DNA of 64,000 bases, taken from an uncultured Chloroflexia bacterium (GTDB lineage: Bacteria > Chloroflexota > Dehalococcoidia > UBA2979). The first letter of the stretch is position 1. Each line of letters opens with the position of its first letter. The notes under the pieces were generated by a model. That model had not been told where the DNA came from. It did no database searches and was given only the letters and a program-made list of their open reading frames with translations. Below are positions 10,198-22,953 of this stretch, piece after piece. The translations under genes were made by a program, and so were the position numbers. The DNA lies in NCBI GenBank assembly GCA_963728205.1, contig CAVSIV010000006.1, positions 1,568,001 through 1,632,000 of the forward strand. Direction: 5' to 3'.

Positions 10198-11731
10198 ATG
10201 GCCGTACGAGCAGAAGAGATCGCGAGCATCCTGCGCGAGCAGATCGAGCACTTCGAGTCCGGTGCCGCGGAGGCGAACGTCGGGACGGTGATCGAGGCCG
10301 GCGACGGCATCGCGCGCATCCACGGCATCGGCGGCTGCCTGACGTCCGAGCTCCTCGAGTTCGGGCGCCAGGACGCCCAGGGCCGCCCGATCCGCGGCCT
10401 CGCGCTGAACCTCGAAGAGGAGACGGTCGGCGCCATCATCCTCGGCGACTACAGCCAGGTGAAGGAAGGCGACGAGGTCCGCACCACCGGGCTGGTCGCC
10501 TCGGTGCCCGTCGGCGAGGCGCTGCTCGGCCGCGTGGTGAACGCGCTGGGCGACCCGATCGACGACAAGGGACCGATCAACGCCGCCGAGACGATGCCGG
10601 TTGAGAAGATCGCCCCCGGCGTGGTGGACCGCGCCGAGGTCAACCAGCCGATGATGACGGGCATCAAGGCCATCGACTCGATGACCGCGATCGGCCGTGG
10701 GCAGCGCGAGCTGATCATCGGCGACCGCTCGACGGGCAAGAGCGCGATCGCGATCGACGCGATCATCAACCAGAAGAACACCGGCGACGTGATTTGCGTC
10801 TACGTGGCCGTCGGCCAGAAGGACGCGAAGGTCGCGCAGACCGTGGCCGTGCTCGAGGACAACGGGGCGATGGACTACACCATCGTCGTCTCCGCCTCGG
10901 CCGCCGAGTCCGCCGCCGCCCAGTACCTCGCCCCGTACTCGGGCACCGCCATGGCCGAGTACTTCATGGCCAAGGGCAAGGACGTCCTGATCGATCTACG
11001 ACGACCTCTCGAAGCACGCGTGGGCGTACCGCGAGGTCTCGCTGCTGCTCCGGCGCCCGCCGGGTCGCGAGGCGTACCCGGGCGACGTCTTCTACCTGCA
11101 CTCGCGGCTGCTCGAGCGCTGTGCGCGCGTGAGCGAGGCGTTCGGCGGGGGCTCGATCACGGCGCTGCCGATCATCGAGACGCAGGCCGGCGACGTCTCG
11201 GCGTACATCCCGACGAACGTGATCTCGATCACGGACGGCCAGATCTTCCTCGAGCTGGACCTGTTCAACGCCGGCCAGCGGCCCGCCGTGAACCCGGGCA
11301 TCTCGGTGTCGCGGGTGGGCGGCAAGGCGCAGACGCGCGCGATGAAGAAGGTTGCCGGCTCGCTGCGCCTCGACCTCTCGCAGTACCGCGAGCTGCAGGC
11401 GTTCGCGCAGTTCGGCACCGAGGACCTCGACCCGTCGACGCGCCGCCAGCTCTTCCGCGGGCAGCGGCTGACAGAGCTGCTGAAGCAGCCGCAGTACAAC
11501 CCGCTGACGCTCGCGCAGCAGGTGTCGATCCTCTACGCCGGTGTGAACGGCCTGATGGACGACGTTCCCGTGGACAAGGTCGCCGACTTCGAGCGGGCGT
11601 TCCACGACTACATGGCGGCGAGCCAGTCGAACCTGCTGAACCAGATCAACACGACCGGCGAGCTGCCGGAAGAGGCGGAGCAGCAGCTGCGCCAGGCGAT
11701 CACCGACTTCAAGGGAACGGTCGCGTACTAG
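10198..11731 (+). CDS. atpA: ATP synthase F1 subunit alpha, with a net +1 frameshift near 10993
   Basis: [17 protein letters not shown] in the first frame; YDDLSKHA and [21 protein letters not shown] resume in the shifted frame. Confidence 0.95.
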
Positions 11732-11773
11732 GCGCGCGTCGCCGCGGCGACGGAGCCCGGAAGAGGAACGTAG

Positions 11774-14087
<2,314 letters not shown>

Positions 14088-14090
14088 CCC

Positions 14091-14531
14091 GTGCCCCTCA
14101 CGCTGTCGATCGTCACGCCCGAGCACACGGCCATGGAGCGCAGCGACGTCACGCGCATCGTCGTGCCTACGACCGAGGGGCAGATCACGATCCTGCCGCT
14201 GCACGCCGCGCTGATGGCGAGCCTCGCCATCGGCGAGATGATCGTGCACCTGCCCGAAGGCCAGGAGCCGATCGCGATCCATGGCGGCTTCATCCAGGTC
14301 GTGCACGACGAGGTGAGCGTGCTGGCCGACGCGGCCGAGCGCGTGGAGGAGATCGACGAGGCCCGTGCGGAGGCCGCGCGGGAGCGCGCGCGCGGACGGC
14401 TCGAGGGCCGCGTGCCGGTCGACGAGGGCTCGCTCGACGTGTTGCGGGCACAGCTGGCGCTGCAGCGCGCGCTGCTGCGGCTGCGCGTGAAGCACCGCGG
14501 GACGCGCTCCGGGGTGCCCTCCTCGCGGTAG
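14091..14531 (+). CDS. atpC: ATP synthase F1 subunit epsilon
   Basis: IVTPE, GQITILPLHA, GGFIQV and LADAAE motifs. Confidence 0.95.
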   Translation: MPLTLSIVTPEHTAMERSDVTRIVVPTTEGQITILPLHAALMASLAIGEMIVHLPEGQEPIAIHGGFIQVVHDEVSVLADAAERVEEIDEARAEAARERARGRLEGRVPVDEGSLDVLRAQLALQRALLRLRVKHRGTRSGVPSSR

Positions 14532-14708
14532 GGTTCGGTTCAGCGACTCCGGGCGGGTGGCGGGCATCAGCCCGCTGATTCCGGCGCGATCGCCCCGGCC
14601 GTCGCCTCGTGGCAACGGCGCCCGGCGAGTCAACTCCTGAATTCTCGTCGCTCGCATGCTGGTTGCCCGCTGGAGACAGTGGGCTCACCGGCCTGCTCGC
14701 CGTCGACG

Positions 14709-14785
14709 ATGGTCTCGAACCTGCTGACGGTCTGCACGAGCGAGCAGGCGACGACGCCGATCGTCAACGTCGGCACACTGAACCG
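14709..14785 (+). pseudogene. Remnant of the C-terminal tail of an SPFH/band-7 protein
   Basis: MVSNLLTV..SEQATTPIVNVGTL resembles the conserved SPFH tail; no upstream SPFH body is present. Confidence 0.6.
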
Positions 14786-14804
14786 CGAGCGGAGCGCGCG
14801 GGGC

Positions 14805-15015
14805 GTGGCCCAGCGGAAGCGGTTCCTGCTCCGTATCGATCCGGCGCTGTACGACGCGGTCGAGCGCTGGGTGGCGATGAGCTCCGCAGCGTGAATGCGC
14901 AGATCGAGTACCTGCTGGCGGACGCCGTCCGTCGCGCGGGTCGCGCGGCCCGCCGCCCCGGCCGGAGAAGGCGCCGAAGGAGCCGCCGGAGGAGCCGATG
15001 GCCACGTCGTCGTAG
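14805..15015 (+). pseudogene. Arc-like ribbon-helix-helix protein, frameshifted
   Basis: MAQRKRFLLRIDPALYDAVERW / DELRSVNAQIEYLLADAVRRAGR is split across frames near 14870; the end needs a second shift. Confidence 0.7.
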
Positions 15016-15099
15016 CCGTACTGCGTCGCTGCCCGGCTCGCGGGCTTCGCCGGCGCCTCGTATCCTCGTGCTGACCGGGGCGAGAGATCGAGGTCCACG

Positions 15100-16368
15100 C
15101 TGGGCGCACATCGACCTGAGCGCTTCCTCATACACGGCGGCCGGCCGCTGCGCGGCGAGGTCGCCGTTTCGGGATCCAAGAACGCCGCGCTGTACACGCT
15201 CGCTGCCGCGCTGCTCACGGCGGACCCGGTCACGGTGCACAACGTGCCGGACATTGCCGACATCGGCGAGATGGGCGAGCTGCTGTCCGCGCTCGGCGCG
15301 CGCTTCGAGTATGCCGAGGGCATCGCGTCGATCCACGCGCGGGAGCTGACGCGCACCGACGCGCCGGTCGACCTCGTCATGGCGTTGCGCGCGTCGTTCC
15401 TCGTGATGGGCGGACTGCTCGGGCGCACCGGCGAGGCGGCGTGCGCATCGCCCGGCGGCGACGTGATCGGCGCGCGGCCGCTCGACGTGCACCTCGAGGG
15501 CTTTCGCGCGCTCGGTGCGACCGTGGGGCGCAGCGGCGCGAACTGGACCGCGCGCGCCACGCAGCTGGTCGGCGCGCGCATCTTCCTCGACTACCCGAGC
15601 GTGCTCGGAACGGTGAACATCCTCTTCGCCGCCGCGCTGGCCTCGGGGACAACCACGATCATCAACGCCGCGGCCGAGCCCGAGGTGGAGATGGTCGCGG
15701 ACATGCTCAACGCGATGGGCGCACGCATCACGGGACACGGGTCGAGCATGGTGCACGTCGACGGCGTCGAGCGTCTGCACGGCTGCGAGTTTACGGTGAT
15801 CCCCGACCGCCTCGAGGTCGGCACGTACCTGCTTGCCGGGGCGGCCACGGGCGGCGACGTGCGCGTGACGAACGCCGTCGCCTGGCACATCGACAGCCTC
15901 ATCGCGAAGCTGCGCGAGATGGGGATGGCGCTGGACACGACGGACGGCGGGCCGGGTGTCCGCGCGGTCTGTCGCGGCCGGTTGCGGGCGGTGCAGGCGC
16001 AGGCGGTGCCCTATCCGGGCTTCCCGACCGACCTGCACGCGCCGATGGCCGCCGCGCTGACGCAGGCGGACGGCGTCTCCGTCATCCACGAGCGCGTCTA
16101 CGACAACCGCACGCTCTACGTCGGCGAGCTCCGCAAGCTGGGGGCGCGCATCACGGTCGGCGGGCAGTCGGTGATCATCGAGGGTGGCTCATCGCTCGCC
16201 GGCGCCGCCGTCCGCGCGCTCGACATCCGCGCCGGCGCGGCCTGCGTGATCGCGGGTCTCGCCGCGACCGGCGAGACCGAGGTCCACGACGTGATCCATC
16301 TCGATCGCGGCTACGCGCACCTCGAAGACCGGTTGACCGCGCTCGGGGCCGACGTCCGGCGAAGCTGA
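15100..16368 (+). CDS. murA: UDP-N-acetylglucosamine 1-carboxyvinyltransferase, probable CTG start
   Basis: LRGEVAVSGSKNAAL, LRAS, PGGDVIGARP, PGFPTD and DIRAG motifs; the N-terminal motif lies upstream of the first ATG/GTG/TTG. Confidence 0.93.
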   Translation: MGAHRPERFLIHGGRPLRGEVAVSGSKNAALYTLAAALLTADPVTVHNVPDIADIGEMGELLSALGARFEYAEGIASIHARELTRTDAPVDLVMALRASFLVMGGLLGRTGEAACASPGGDVIGARPLDVHLEGFRALGATVGRSGANWTARATQLVGARIFLDYPSVLGTVNILFAAALASGTTTIINAAAEPEVEMVADMLNAMGARITGHGSSMVHVDGVERLHGCEFTVIPDRLEVGTYLLAGAATGGDVRVTNAVAWHIDSLIAKLREMGMALDTTDGGPGVRAVCRGRLRAVQAQAVPYPGFPTDLHAPMAAALTQADGVSVIHERVYDNRTLYVGELRKLGARITVGGQSVIIEGGSSLAGAAVRALDIRAGAACVIAGLAATGETEVHDVIHLDRGYAHLEDRLTALGADVRRS

Positions 16369-16553
16369 CGGATTCCGCCGCGGCCGGTCGACGCGATCCG
16401 GGATCCGCGACGGGATCCGCGCTCCGCGAGCCGGCGCCGCCGCGGCGCCGCTTGCACGGCGTCCCGGCCGGTCCGTCCGGTGGGAACGACCCGCGAACCG
16501 CCTGACGGAGGTCCCTCGTCGCGGCGCGGCGCGGACGCGATGATGCGGCTGCC

Positions 16554-17138
16554 ATGGCACTGCTCGCGGCATATGCCGTCGTGTTCATCGCGAACCTGGC
16601 GCCGGCGTTCATGCCGCCGTCGTGGGCGGTGCTGACGTTCTTCTACCTCGAGTTCGATCTCCCCCTGCTGCCGCTCACGCTCGGGGGCGCGCTGGCCGCG
16701 GGGCTCGGGCGCGCGGGGCTCGCGCGCGGGAGCCACCGGCTCGGACCGTGGCTGACGCGCGGACACGCCGACGACGTCGCAGCCCTGCACGACTACCTCG
16801 GGCGGCGCGACCGCGGCGTCTTCTGGGGAACGTTCCTCTATGCCATCGGCCCGCTGCCGACCAACAACCTCTTCATCGCGGGGGGCGTCGTCGGGGTGCG
16901 TCTGACGTCCATGCTCGGCGGGTTCTGGGCGGCCCGCGCCATCGCCGACACGTTCTGGGTCTGGGTGACCGCGCGGGCAGTCGGCAGGGTCCACGGCGTG
17001 TTCACCCCGTCTCAGCACGGCTGGCTCGCAATCGCGGCCCAGCTCGTCGGGCTCGCCCTTGCTCTCGCGCTGCTGCGCCTGCCGTGGCACCGCTGGCTGC
17101 TGCGGCGGATGGACGGTCGCGGTCGGCCGCCGGCCTGA
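16554..17138 (+). CDS. Small multi-pass membrane protein (DedA/VTT-like)
   Basis: Hydrophobic segments; PAFMPPSW and [12 protein letters not shown] motifs. Confidence 0.6.
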   Translation: MALLAAYAVVFIANLAPAFMPPSWAVLTFFYLEFDLPLLPLTLGGALAAGLGRAGLARGSHRLGPWLTRGHADDVAALHDYLGRRDRGVFWGTFLYAIGPLPTNNLFIAGGVVGVRLTSMLGGFWAARAIADTFWVWVTARAVGRVHGVFTPSQHGWLAIAAQLVGLALALALLRLPWHRWLLRRMDGRGRPPA

Positions 17139-17218
17139 CTGCGTCGACCGGTGCGTCCGTCCCTACCCCCCGCTCGGCCGCTCCGCTACGCTCGCTCGGC
17201 TCCGCAGGGTCGGCGGAG

Positions 17219-17227
17219 TTATCCACA
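17219..17227 (+). promoter_or_regulatory. Consensus DnaA box upstream of mreB
   Basis: Exact TTATCCACA in an intergenic region. Confidence 0.55.
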
Positions 17228-17254
17228 CCCCTCGGGCGGGCCGGCGGGAACCCC

Positions 17255-18283
17255 ATGTTCGGAAAACGCATCGGCATCGACCTCGGGACGGCGAACGTGC
17301 TCGTCTTCGAGCAGGGTCGCGGCATCGTCATCGACGAGCCCTCCGTGGTCGCGATCACCGAGCGCGACAACACCGTCGTCGCGGTCGGGCTGGAGGCGCA
17401 CGCCATGATCGGGCGCCATCCCGGGACCATCCAGGTCATCCGGCCCATGCGCGACGGTGTGATTGCGGACTACCTGATCACCGAGGCGATGCTGCGCTAT
17501 TTCATCAACCGCGTGGTGGGGCGCTTCAACCTCGTCCGGCCCGAAGTGATGATCTGCGTGCCCGTCGGCGTGACCGGCGTTGAGCAGCGCGCCGTGCGCG
17601 ATGCCGCCGAGGCCGCCGGCGCGCGCCGCCCCGCGCAGCTCATCCCCGAGCCGCTCGCCGCCGCCATCGGCGCCGAGATCCCGGTCGGCTCGCCGCGCGG
17701 CCACATGATCGTCGACATCGGCGGCGGCCGCACCGAGGCGGCGGTGATCTCGATGTTCGGCATCGTCGCCAGCGAGTCGGTGCGGATCGCGGGCGATCGG
17801 CTGGATGATGCCATCGCACAGTACGTGAAGCGTCGCCACAACCTCGTGATCGGCGAGCGGACCGCCGAGGAGGTGAAGATCGCGATCGGGTCGGCGATCC
17901 CCGACGACGAGGTCTCGGCCTCGGTTCGTGGCCGCGACCAGATCACCGGCCTGCCGCGGACGATCACGCTGCGGGCCTCCGAGGTGACGCAGGCCATCCA
18001 GGAGCACCTGGTGGTGATCGTGCAGACCGCCCGCCGCGTGCTCGAGCGAACGCCGCCGGAGCTCGCCTCCGACGTGATCGACCGCGGCATCGTCCTGACC
18101 GGCGGTGGCGCGATGCTGCGCCACCTCGACGACCTCCTGATGCACGAGACGGGCGTGCCGGTCCACGTCGCCGACGAGCCGCTGCTGTGCGTGGCTCGCG
18201 GCGCCGGCGCAGCGCTGGACTACGCCGAGGTCATCTCGCGCGCGCTGCCCACCGAAGAAGAGTCGCTGATCGCCGAGCGCTAG
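17255..18283 (+). CDS. mreB: Rod shape-determining protein MreB/Mbl
   Basis: [25 protein letters not shown] and LTGGGAML motifs. Confidence 0.95.
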   Translation: MFGKRIGIDLGTANVLVFEQGRGIVIDEPSVVAITERDNTVVAVGLEAHAMIGRHPGTIQVIRPMRDGVIADYLITEAMLRYFINRVVGRFNLVRPEVMICVPVGVTGVEQRAVRDAAEAAGARRPAQLIPEPLAAAIGAEIPVGSPRGHMIVDIGGGRTEAAVISMFGIVASESVRIAGDRLDDAIAQYVKRRHNLVIGERTAEEVKIAIGSAIPDDEVSASVRGRDQITGLPRTITLRASEVTQAIQEHLVVIVQTARRVLERTPPELASDVIDRGIVLTGGGAMLRHLDDLLMHETGVPVHVADEPLLCVARGAGAALDYAEVISRALPTEEESLIAER

Positions 18284-18368
18284 GCGACGACCGGCTCACG
18301 ACCCGCGTGCCGCCGCGCACAGGCCATGCCGCGCGAACGCCCGACTGCCGCCTCCCGGCAGAGCGAAG

Positions 18369-19019
18369 CTACGCGGTGTAGCGGTGGTTGCGGTCGGCGG
18401 TGCGCTTGAGGTGGTAGGTCATGCTCTGCAGGAAGAGGATCGGGTTGATGTGCTTCAACTCGATGCCCTCGGGGACGACCACGCGCGTCGGCGCGTAGTT
18501 CAGGATGGCCCGCACGCCGCTCGCGACCACCGCGTCGATCACCTGCTGCGCCGACTCCGACGGCACCGCGACGATCGCGATGTCGACGGGGCGGTGCTGC
18601 AGGTCCGGCTCGAGCAGCTTGTAGTCGCGCACGGGAATGCCGTCGACGTCGGTGCCGATGATGCTGGGGTCGGCGTCGTAGAGCGCCACGATGTCGAAGC
18701 CCTGGCCCTCGAATCCGGGGTAGGACGCGATCGCGCGTCCCAGGCGGCCGATGCCCACCACCACCACGCTCCAGCGGGCGTCGAGCCCGAGGATGACGCG
18801 CAGCTCCTCGGTGAGGCGCTGGACGGAGTATCCGCGACCCTGCTTGCCGAATCGGCCGAAGTAGGAGAGATCCTTGCGGATCTGCGCCGGTGTGACGCCC
18901 AGCTCGTCGCCGAGCTCCTGGGAGGAGACGACCGCGCGGCCCTCGTAGGCAAGGCGAGCGAGCAGACGGTAGTAGACCGGCAAGCGGTCGATCACGACCT
19001 CGGGGATTTCCAGTGGCAC
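18369..19019 (-). CDS. rex: Redox-sensing transcriptional repressor Rex
   Basis: RLPVYYR, QIRKDLSYFGRFGKQGRGY, GIGRLG and ILNYAP motifs. Confidence 0.96.
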   Translation of the reverse strand: MPLEIPEVVIDRLPVYYRLLARLAYEGRAVVSSQELGDELGVTPAQIRKDLSYFGRFGKQGRGYSVQRLTEELRVILGLDARWSVVVVGIGRLGRAIASYPGFEGQGFDIVALYDADPSIIGTDVDGIPVRDYKLLEPDLQHRPVDIAIVAVPSESAQQVIDAVVASGVRAILNYAPTRVVVPEGIELKHINPILFLQSMTYHLKRTADRNHRYTA

Positions 19020-19106
19020 GGGCGATCCTCAGGTTAGCGGCCAGTACTCCCGGCGACCCGGAGGGGGCGGGGACCGGATGAAGGCGGGAGGAATGTGCTC
19101 CATCGC

Positions 19107-19144
19107 ATCATAACTGGCCCTCTCATGTGTGCAATCCATCACGA
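19107..19144 (-). promoter_or_regulatory. rex promoter (TTGCAC-N16-TATGAT) overlapped by a degenerate Rex box at 19127-19144
   Basis: GTGTGCA-ATCC-ATCACGA matches the Rex consensus at 10 of 14 positions and covers the -35. Confidence 0.5.
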
Positions 19145-19222
19145 GCATGACGTCGACGACATCGCGGCAGCGCCCACGCTACCCGGTCGAACCACGGCAC
19201 GGGAGGCGGGTAGGATGACCGC

Positions 19223-19960
19223 GTGACCGAGGATCCTCGCATCGCCCGCGTGCTCGCCGACGGCCCGCGCGCCACCACCTTCGTCGAGTTGCCAGGGGGC
19301 ACCTTCACGATGGGATCGTTGCTGCGCGCGGACGAGCAGCCGATCCGCCGGGTGACCGTCGGCGCGTTCGCGGTCTCGCTCACGCCGGTGAGCAACGCCG
19401 AGTGGGCGCGGTTCGTGACCGCGACCGGTCGGGATCCGCTCCCGTTCGCGGCCGACGAGCGCTTCAACCGCCCGGAGTGCCCGGTCGTCGGCGTGAACTG
19501 GTTCGACGCGGTCGACTACTGCGCGTGGCTCGGTGAGCAGCTCGGGCGGACCTGCCGGCTCCCGACCGAAGCGGAGCGCGAGTACGCGGCGCGGGGCGGG
19601 ATTCCGGGCGTGCTGTTCCCCTGGGGCGACGAGCCCTGGGACGAGGGGGTGTACGCCTTCGGCGCCGCCGGCATGGACCGCCCGCAGCCAATCGGCTCGT
19701 CGCCGGCCAACGGCTTCGGCCTGTATCACATGGGCGACAACGTCCACGAGTGGTGCAGCGACTGGTATCGCCCGGACGCCTACGCGGACGCGCCCGCGCG
19801 CGACCCGCAGGGGACGCCCGACGGCGAGCGGCGTGCCTCTCGTGGCGGCTCGTGGCGGCATCGCATCAAGGTGTCGCGCATCGCGGCGCGGTCGTCGCTC
19901 GACCCGGGGCGGCGCTATAACGACTACGGCATGCGCGTCTACGCGGACGCGCTCGCGTAG
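19223..19960 (+). CDS. SUMF1/FGE-sulfatase fold protein lacking the FGE catalytic cysteines
   Basis: PVVGVNWFDA, RLPTEAEREYAARGG, NGFGLYHMGDNVHEW and RGGSW motifs. Confidence 0.88.
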   Translation: MTEDPRIARVLADGPRATTFVELPGGTFTMGSLLRADEQPIRRVTVGAFAVSLTPVSNAEWARFVTATGRDPLPFAADERFNRPECPVVGVNWFDAVDYCAWLGEQLGRTCRLPTEAEREYAARGGIPGVLFPWGDEPWDEGVYAFGAAGMDRPQPIGSSPANGFGLYHMGDNVHEWCSDWYRPDAYADAPARDPQGTPDGERRASRGGSWRHRIKVSRIAARSSLDPGRRYNDYGMRVYADALA

Positions 19961-19968
19961 CGGGCGGG

Positions 19969-20469
19969 CTAGCGCGTCCGCGTCCCACTCTTCGCGCGTC
20001 GCCGGCGCCCCCGCGGCGCGGGCCCCCGCGGCGCGGGGGGCGGATCCGGGGGCGGACTGGCGACCGGCCTCCGCGGGCCGATGCGGCGCGGCAGCAGCAT
20101 CCGCAGCGCGAACGACCCCCCGATGAAGCCGAGTGCGGCGCCGCCCATGTCGATCAGCCAGTCGCTGAACGACGGGTCGCGTCCGACGAAGCCCTGCAGG
20201 AACTCGGTGCCGCCCGCGAGAATCCAGAAGCCGAAGAAGACCATCGCCAGCGTGCTGCGCGGGTAGCGCCGGGCGCGCGGGCTCACGACGTAGCGCAGCG
20301 CGGAAGCGACTCCCAGCGCGCAGAACAACCCGAGGTGACCGTAGTCGGGATTGAGGCCGAACGTCGTCGCGGTCGGGCTGCCCGGCGGACTCAGCGTCCC
20401 CACCAGGATCGCAGCGACGATCACCAGCGACAGCGCGTCTGCGACGCGACGAAGGCGACGAGGAGGCAT
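19969..20469 (-). CDS. VanZ family membrane protein
   Basis: H..LF and TEFLQGFVGRDPSFSDWLIDMGG motifs. Confidence 0.8.
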   Translation of the reverse strand: MPPRRLRRVADALSLVIVAAILVGTLSPPGSPTATTFGLNPDYGHLGLFCALGVASALRYVVSPRARRYPRSTLAMVFFGFWILAGGTEFLQGFVGRDPSFSDWLIDMGGAALGFIGGSFALRMLLPRRIGPRRPVASPPPDPPPAPRGPAPRGRRRRAKSGTRTR

Positions 20470-20538
20470 CGGCGGAGCCTAGGTGGTCGGCTGCTTAGAA
20501 TGAACGACTCCTTCTCACGGTATCGCACGGGAGCGACC

Positions 20539-21982
20539 ATGCAGTCGTGGCAGCCGGTGGTGGAGACCTGGCGCGGCGGAATCTCCCGCGGAGGTCGCGT
20601 CGCGTCTGCGCGGCCGGCCCGGCCTCGCCTGGCTCGACTCGTCGCTCGAGTGGCCGCGCCTCGGGCGCTGGTCGGTGGTGGCGAGCGACCCCCGCTGGAC
20701 CCTGACCGCGACGCAGGCGGAGGTGACGCGAGCGGACGGCGACGGCGCGCCGCGGCCGGTCGCGGGCGCCGCGTTGACGGCGCTCACGCGCGCGATCGCG
20801 GCGGAGCCCCCGGCCGCGGGGGCGGCGGAGCTGCCGTTCGTCGGCGGGGCCATCGGCTATCTCGGCTTCGAGCTCGCGCGCGAGGTGGAGCGACTCCCGG
20901 CGACGACGGCCGACGACGTCGGCGCCCCGTCGCTCGTCTTCCGCTGGTACGACGCGGCGCTCGTGTGGGATCACGCGGCGGATCGGGGCTGGCTCGCCGG
21001 CCGGCGAGCCGGCGTGGACGCGATGCGCGCGCGGCTCGAGTGCGCGCAGCCGCCGGCGCGGGCCGTGCCGGCCGATCCCGCGGGCGGCACGCCGCGGCTG
21101 GCAGCGAACATGTCGCGCGATCGCTACCTCGCGTCGGTGGAGCGCGCCCGCGCGTACATCGCGGCCGGCGACATCTACCAGGTGAACTTCGCGCAGCGCT
21201 TCTCGGTGCCGACGTCGCTTGCGGGCTTCGACCTGTACGCGCGGCTGCGCGCCGTGAGCCCCGCACCGTTCGCGGCATACCTGGACGCGCGTGGGCCGGC
21301 CGGCCGCGGCGTCGAGGTGCTGTCCTCCTCGCCGGAGCGCTTCCTGCTCGCCGACGGTGCGCACCTCGAGACGCGGCCGATCAAGGGCACGCGTCCGCGC
21401 GGCCGCACACCCGACGTCGACGCCGCGCTCGCCGCCGACCTGCGCGCCAGCGCGAAGGATCGGGCCGAGCACGTGATGATCGTGGATCTCGAGCGGAACG
21501 ACCTCGGGCGCGTCGCCGCGACCGGGTCGGTTGCCGTCCCGGAACTGGCCGCGCTGGAGTCGTTCGCGCAGGTGCACCACCTCACGTCGACGGTGGTCGC
21601 GCGGCGCCGGCCCGGCGTCGACCTCGAGGCGCTGCTGCGCGCGACCTTCCCCGGCGGGTCCATCTCGGGCGCGCCGAAGATCCGGGCGCTCGAGATCATC
21701 GACGAGCTGGAGCCGACCGCGCGCGGCGTTTACACCGGAGCGATCGGCTACGTGTCGGCGCACGGCCGGGTCGACCTGAACATCGCGATCCGGACGATCA
21801 CGCTGGCGGACGGCGTCGCGCACCTGCACGTGGGCGGCGCGATCGTCCACGACTCGCGGCCGGAGGACGAGTACGCGGAGACGCTGGCGAAAGCGCGCGG
21901 CATGGCGCGGGCGCTCGGCGCCGCGCTGCCGGACGAGGCGCCGGCCGAGCAGCCGGCCGCGCCGGCCGGGGCGGCGCCATGA
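20539..21982 (+). CDS. pabB: Aminodeoxychorismate synthase component I, frameshifted near 20565-20582
   Basis: WLDS, GDIYQVN, SSPERF, PIKGT, AEHVMIVDLERNDL and FPGGSISGAPK motifs. Confidence 0.9.
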
Positions 21983-22854
21983 GCCCCGCCGCGCCGGGCG
22001 AGCCGCTCGCGTGGGTGAGCGGGGCGCTCGTGCCGCGCGCCGAGGCGCGCGTGTCCGTGGACGACTTCGCCGTGCGCTACGGCGTTGCGGCCTTCGAGAC
22101 GATGCGCGCGGCGCACGGCCGCCTGTTCCGGCTCGACGCGCACCTCGCGCGGCTGTGCGCCGGCCTTGGCGCGATGCGGGTCGCGGTGCCCGCCGAGCCC
22201 GCCCTGCGCGAGGCCGTGGCGGCGGTGCTGGAAGCGAACGCGCTGCGCGAGGCGCAGGTGCGCCTCACGGTGACCGGCGGGAGCGGCCGCGCGCCCGTCC
22301 TCGGCGCCGCGGCGTCGCCCGTCGTGATCGCCACCGCGGAGCCCACGCCGGACGCGCCGCCGCCGCCGGCGCGGCTGCACGTCGCCTCCGTGCGCCTCGA
22401 TGCGGCGCGACCGCTCGCCGGTGCGAAGGTCGCGCAGTTCCTCCCCTACCTGCTGGCGCGCGCCGAGGCGCGCGATGCCGGCGCGGACGACGCGCTCCTG
22501 CTCAACCACGCCGGCGCCGTCGCCGAGGCCGCGACGTCGAACGTCTTCGCGGTCGTCGACGGCCGCGTCGTCACGCCGCCGCCGGCCGACGGCCCGCTCC
22601 CCGGCGTCACGCGCGGGGCGGTGCTGGAGGTCGCGGCCGCGCTCGGCGAGCCCGCCGCCGAGCACTCGCTGGCGCTCGACGACCTGGCGCGGGCGGACGA
22701 GCTCTTCCTGACGTCGAGCATCGTCGGGGTGCGCGCCGTCGTGACCCTCCACGGCGACGGCGTCGCGTGGACGCGCGAGGTTGTCCCCGGGCCGGTCACG
22801 ACGCGCCTCGCCGAGGCGTACGAGGCGCTCGTGCAGCGGGAGACTGCCGTCTGA
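21979..22854 (+). CDS. pabC: Class IV aminotransferase / aminodeoxychorismate lyase
   Basis: YGVAAFETMR, HLARL, EAATSNVF and LPGVTR motifs; coupled to pabB. Confidence 0.8.
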   Translation: MSPAAPGEPLAWVSGALVPRAEARVSVDDFAVRYGVAAFETMRAAHGRLFRLDAHLARLCAGLGAMRVAVPAEPALREAVAAVLEANALREAQVRLTVTGGSGRAPVLGAAASPVVIATAEPTPDAPPPPARLHVASVRLDAARPLAGAKVAQFLPYLLARAEARDAGADDALLLNHAGAVAEAATSNVFAVVDGRVVTPPPADGPLPGVTRGAVLEVAAALGEPAAEHSLALDDLARADELFLTSSIVGVRAVVTLHGDGVAWTREVVPGPVTTRLAEAYEALVQRETAV

Positions 22855-22953
22855 TCGCGCGCGTGTTGTCACGCCGCCCGGCGCGGGTGTAGAAGCATCG
22901 CGCAACGGGCGACGCGCCCGCAGAAGCATCGCGCCACGCGCGGGGGGTGCCGC

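Noticed and set aside
19223-19960. Formylglycine-generating enzyme activity
   Set aside because: The catalytic Cys pair after RGGS is absent and no sulfatase gene is nearby.
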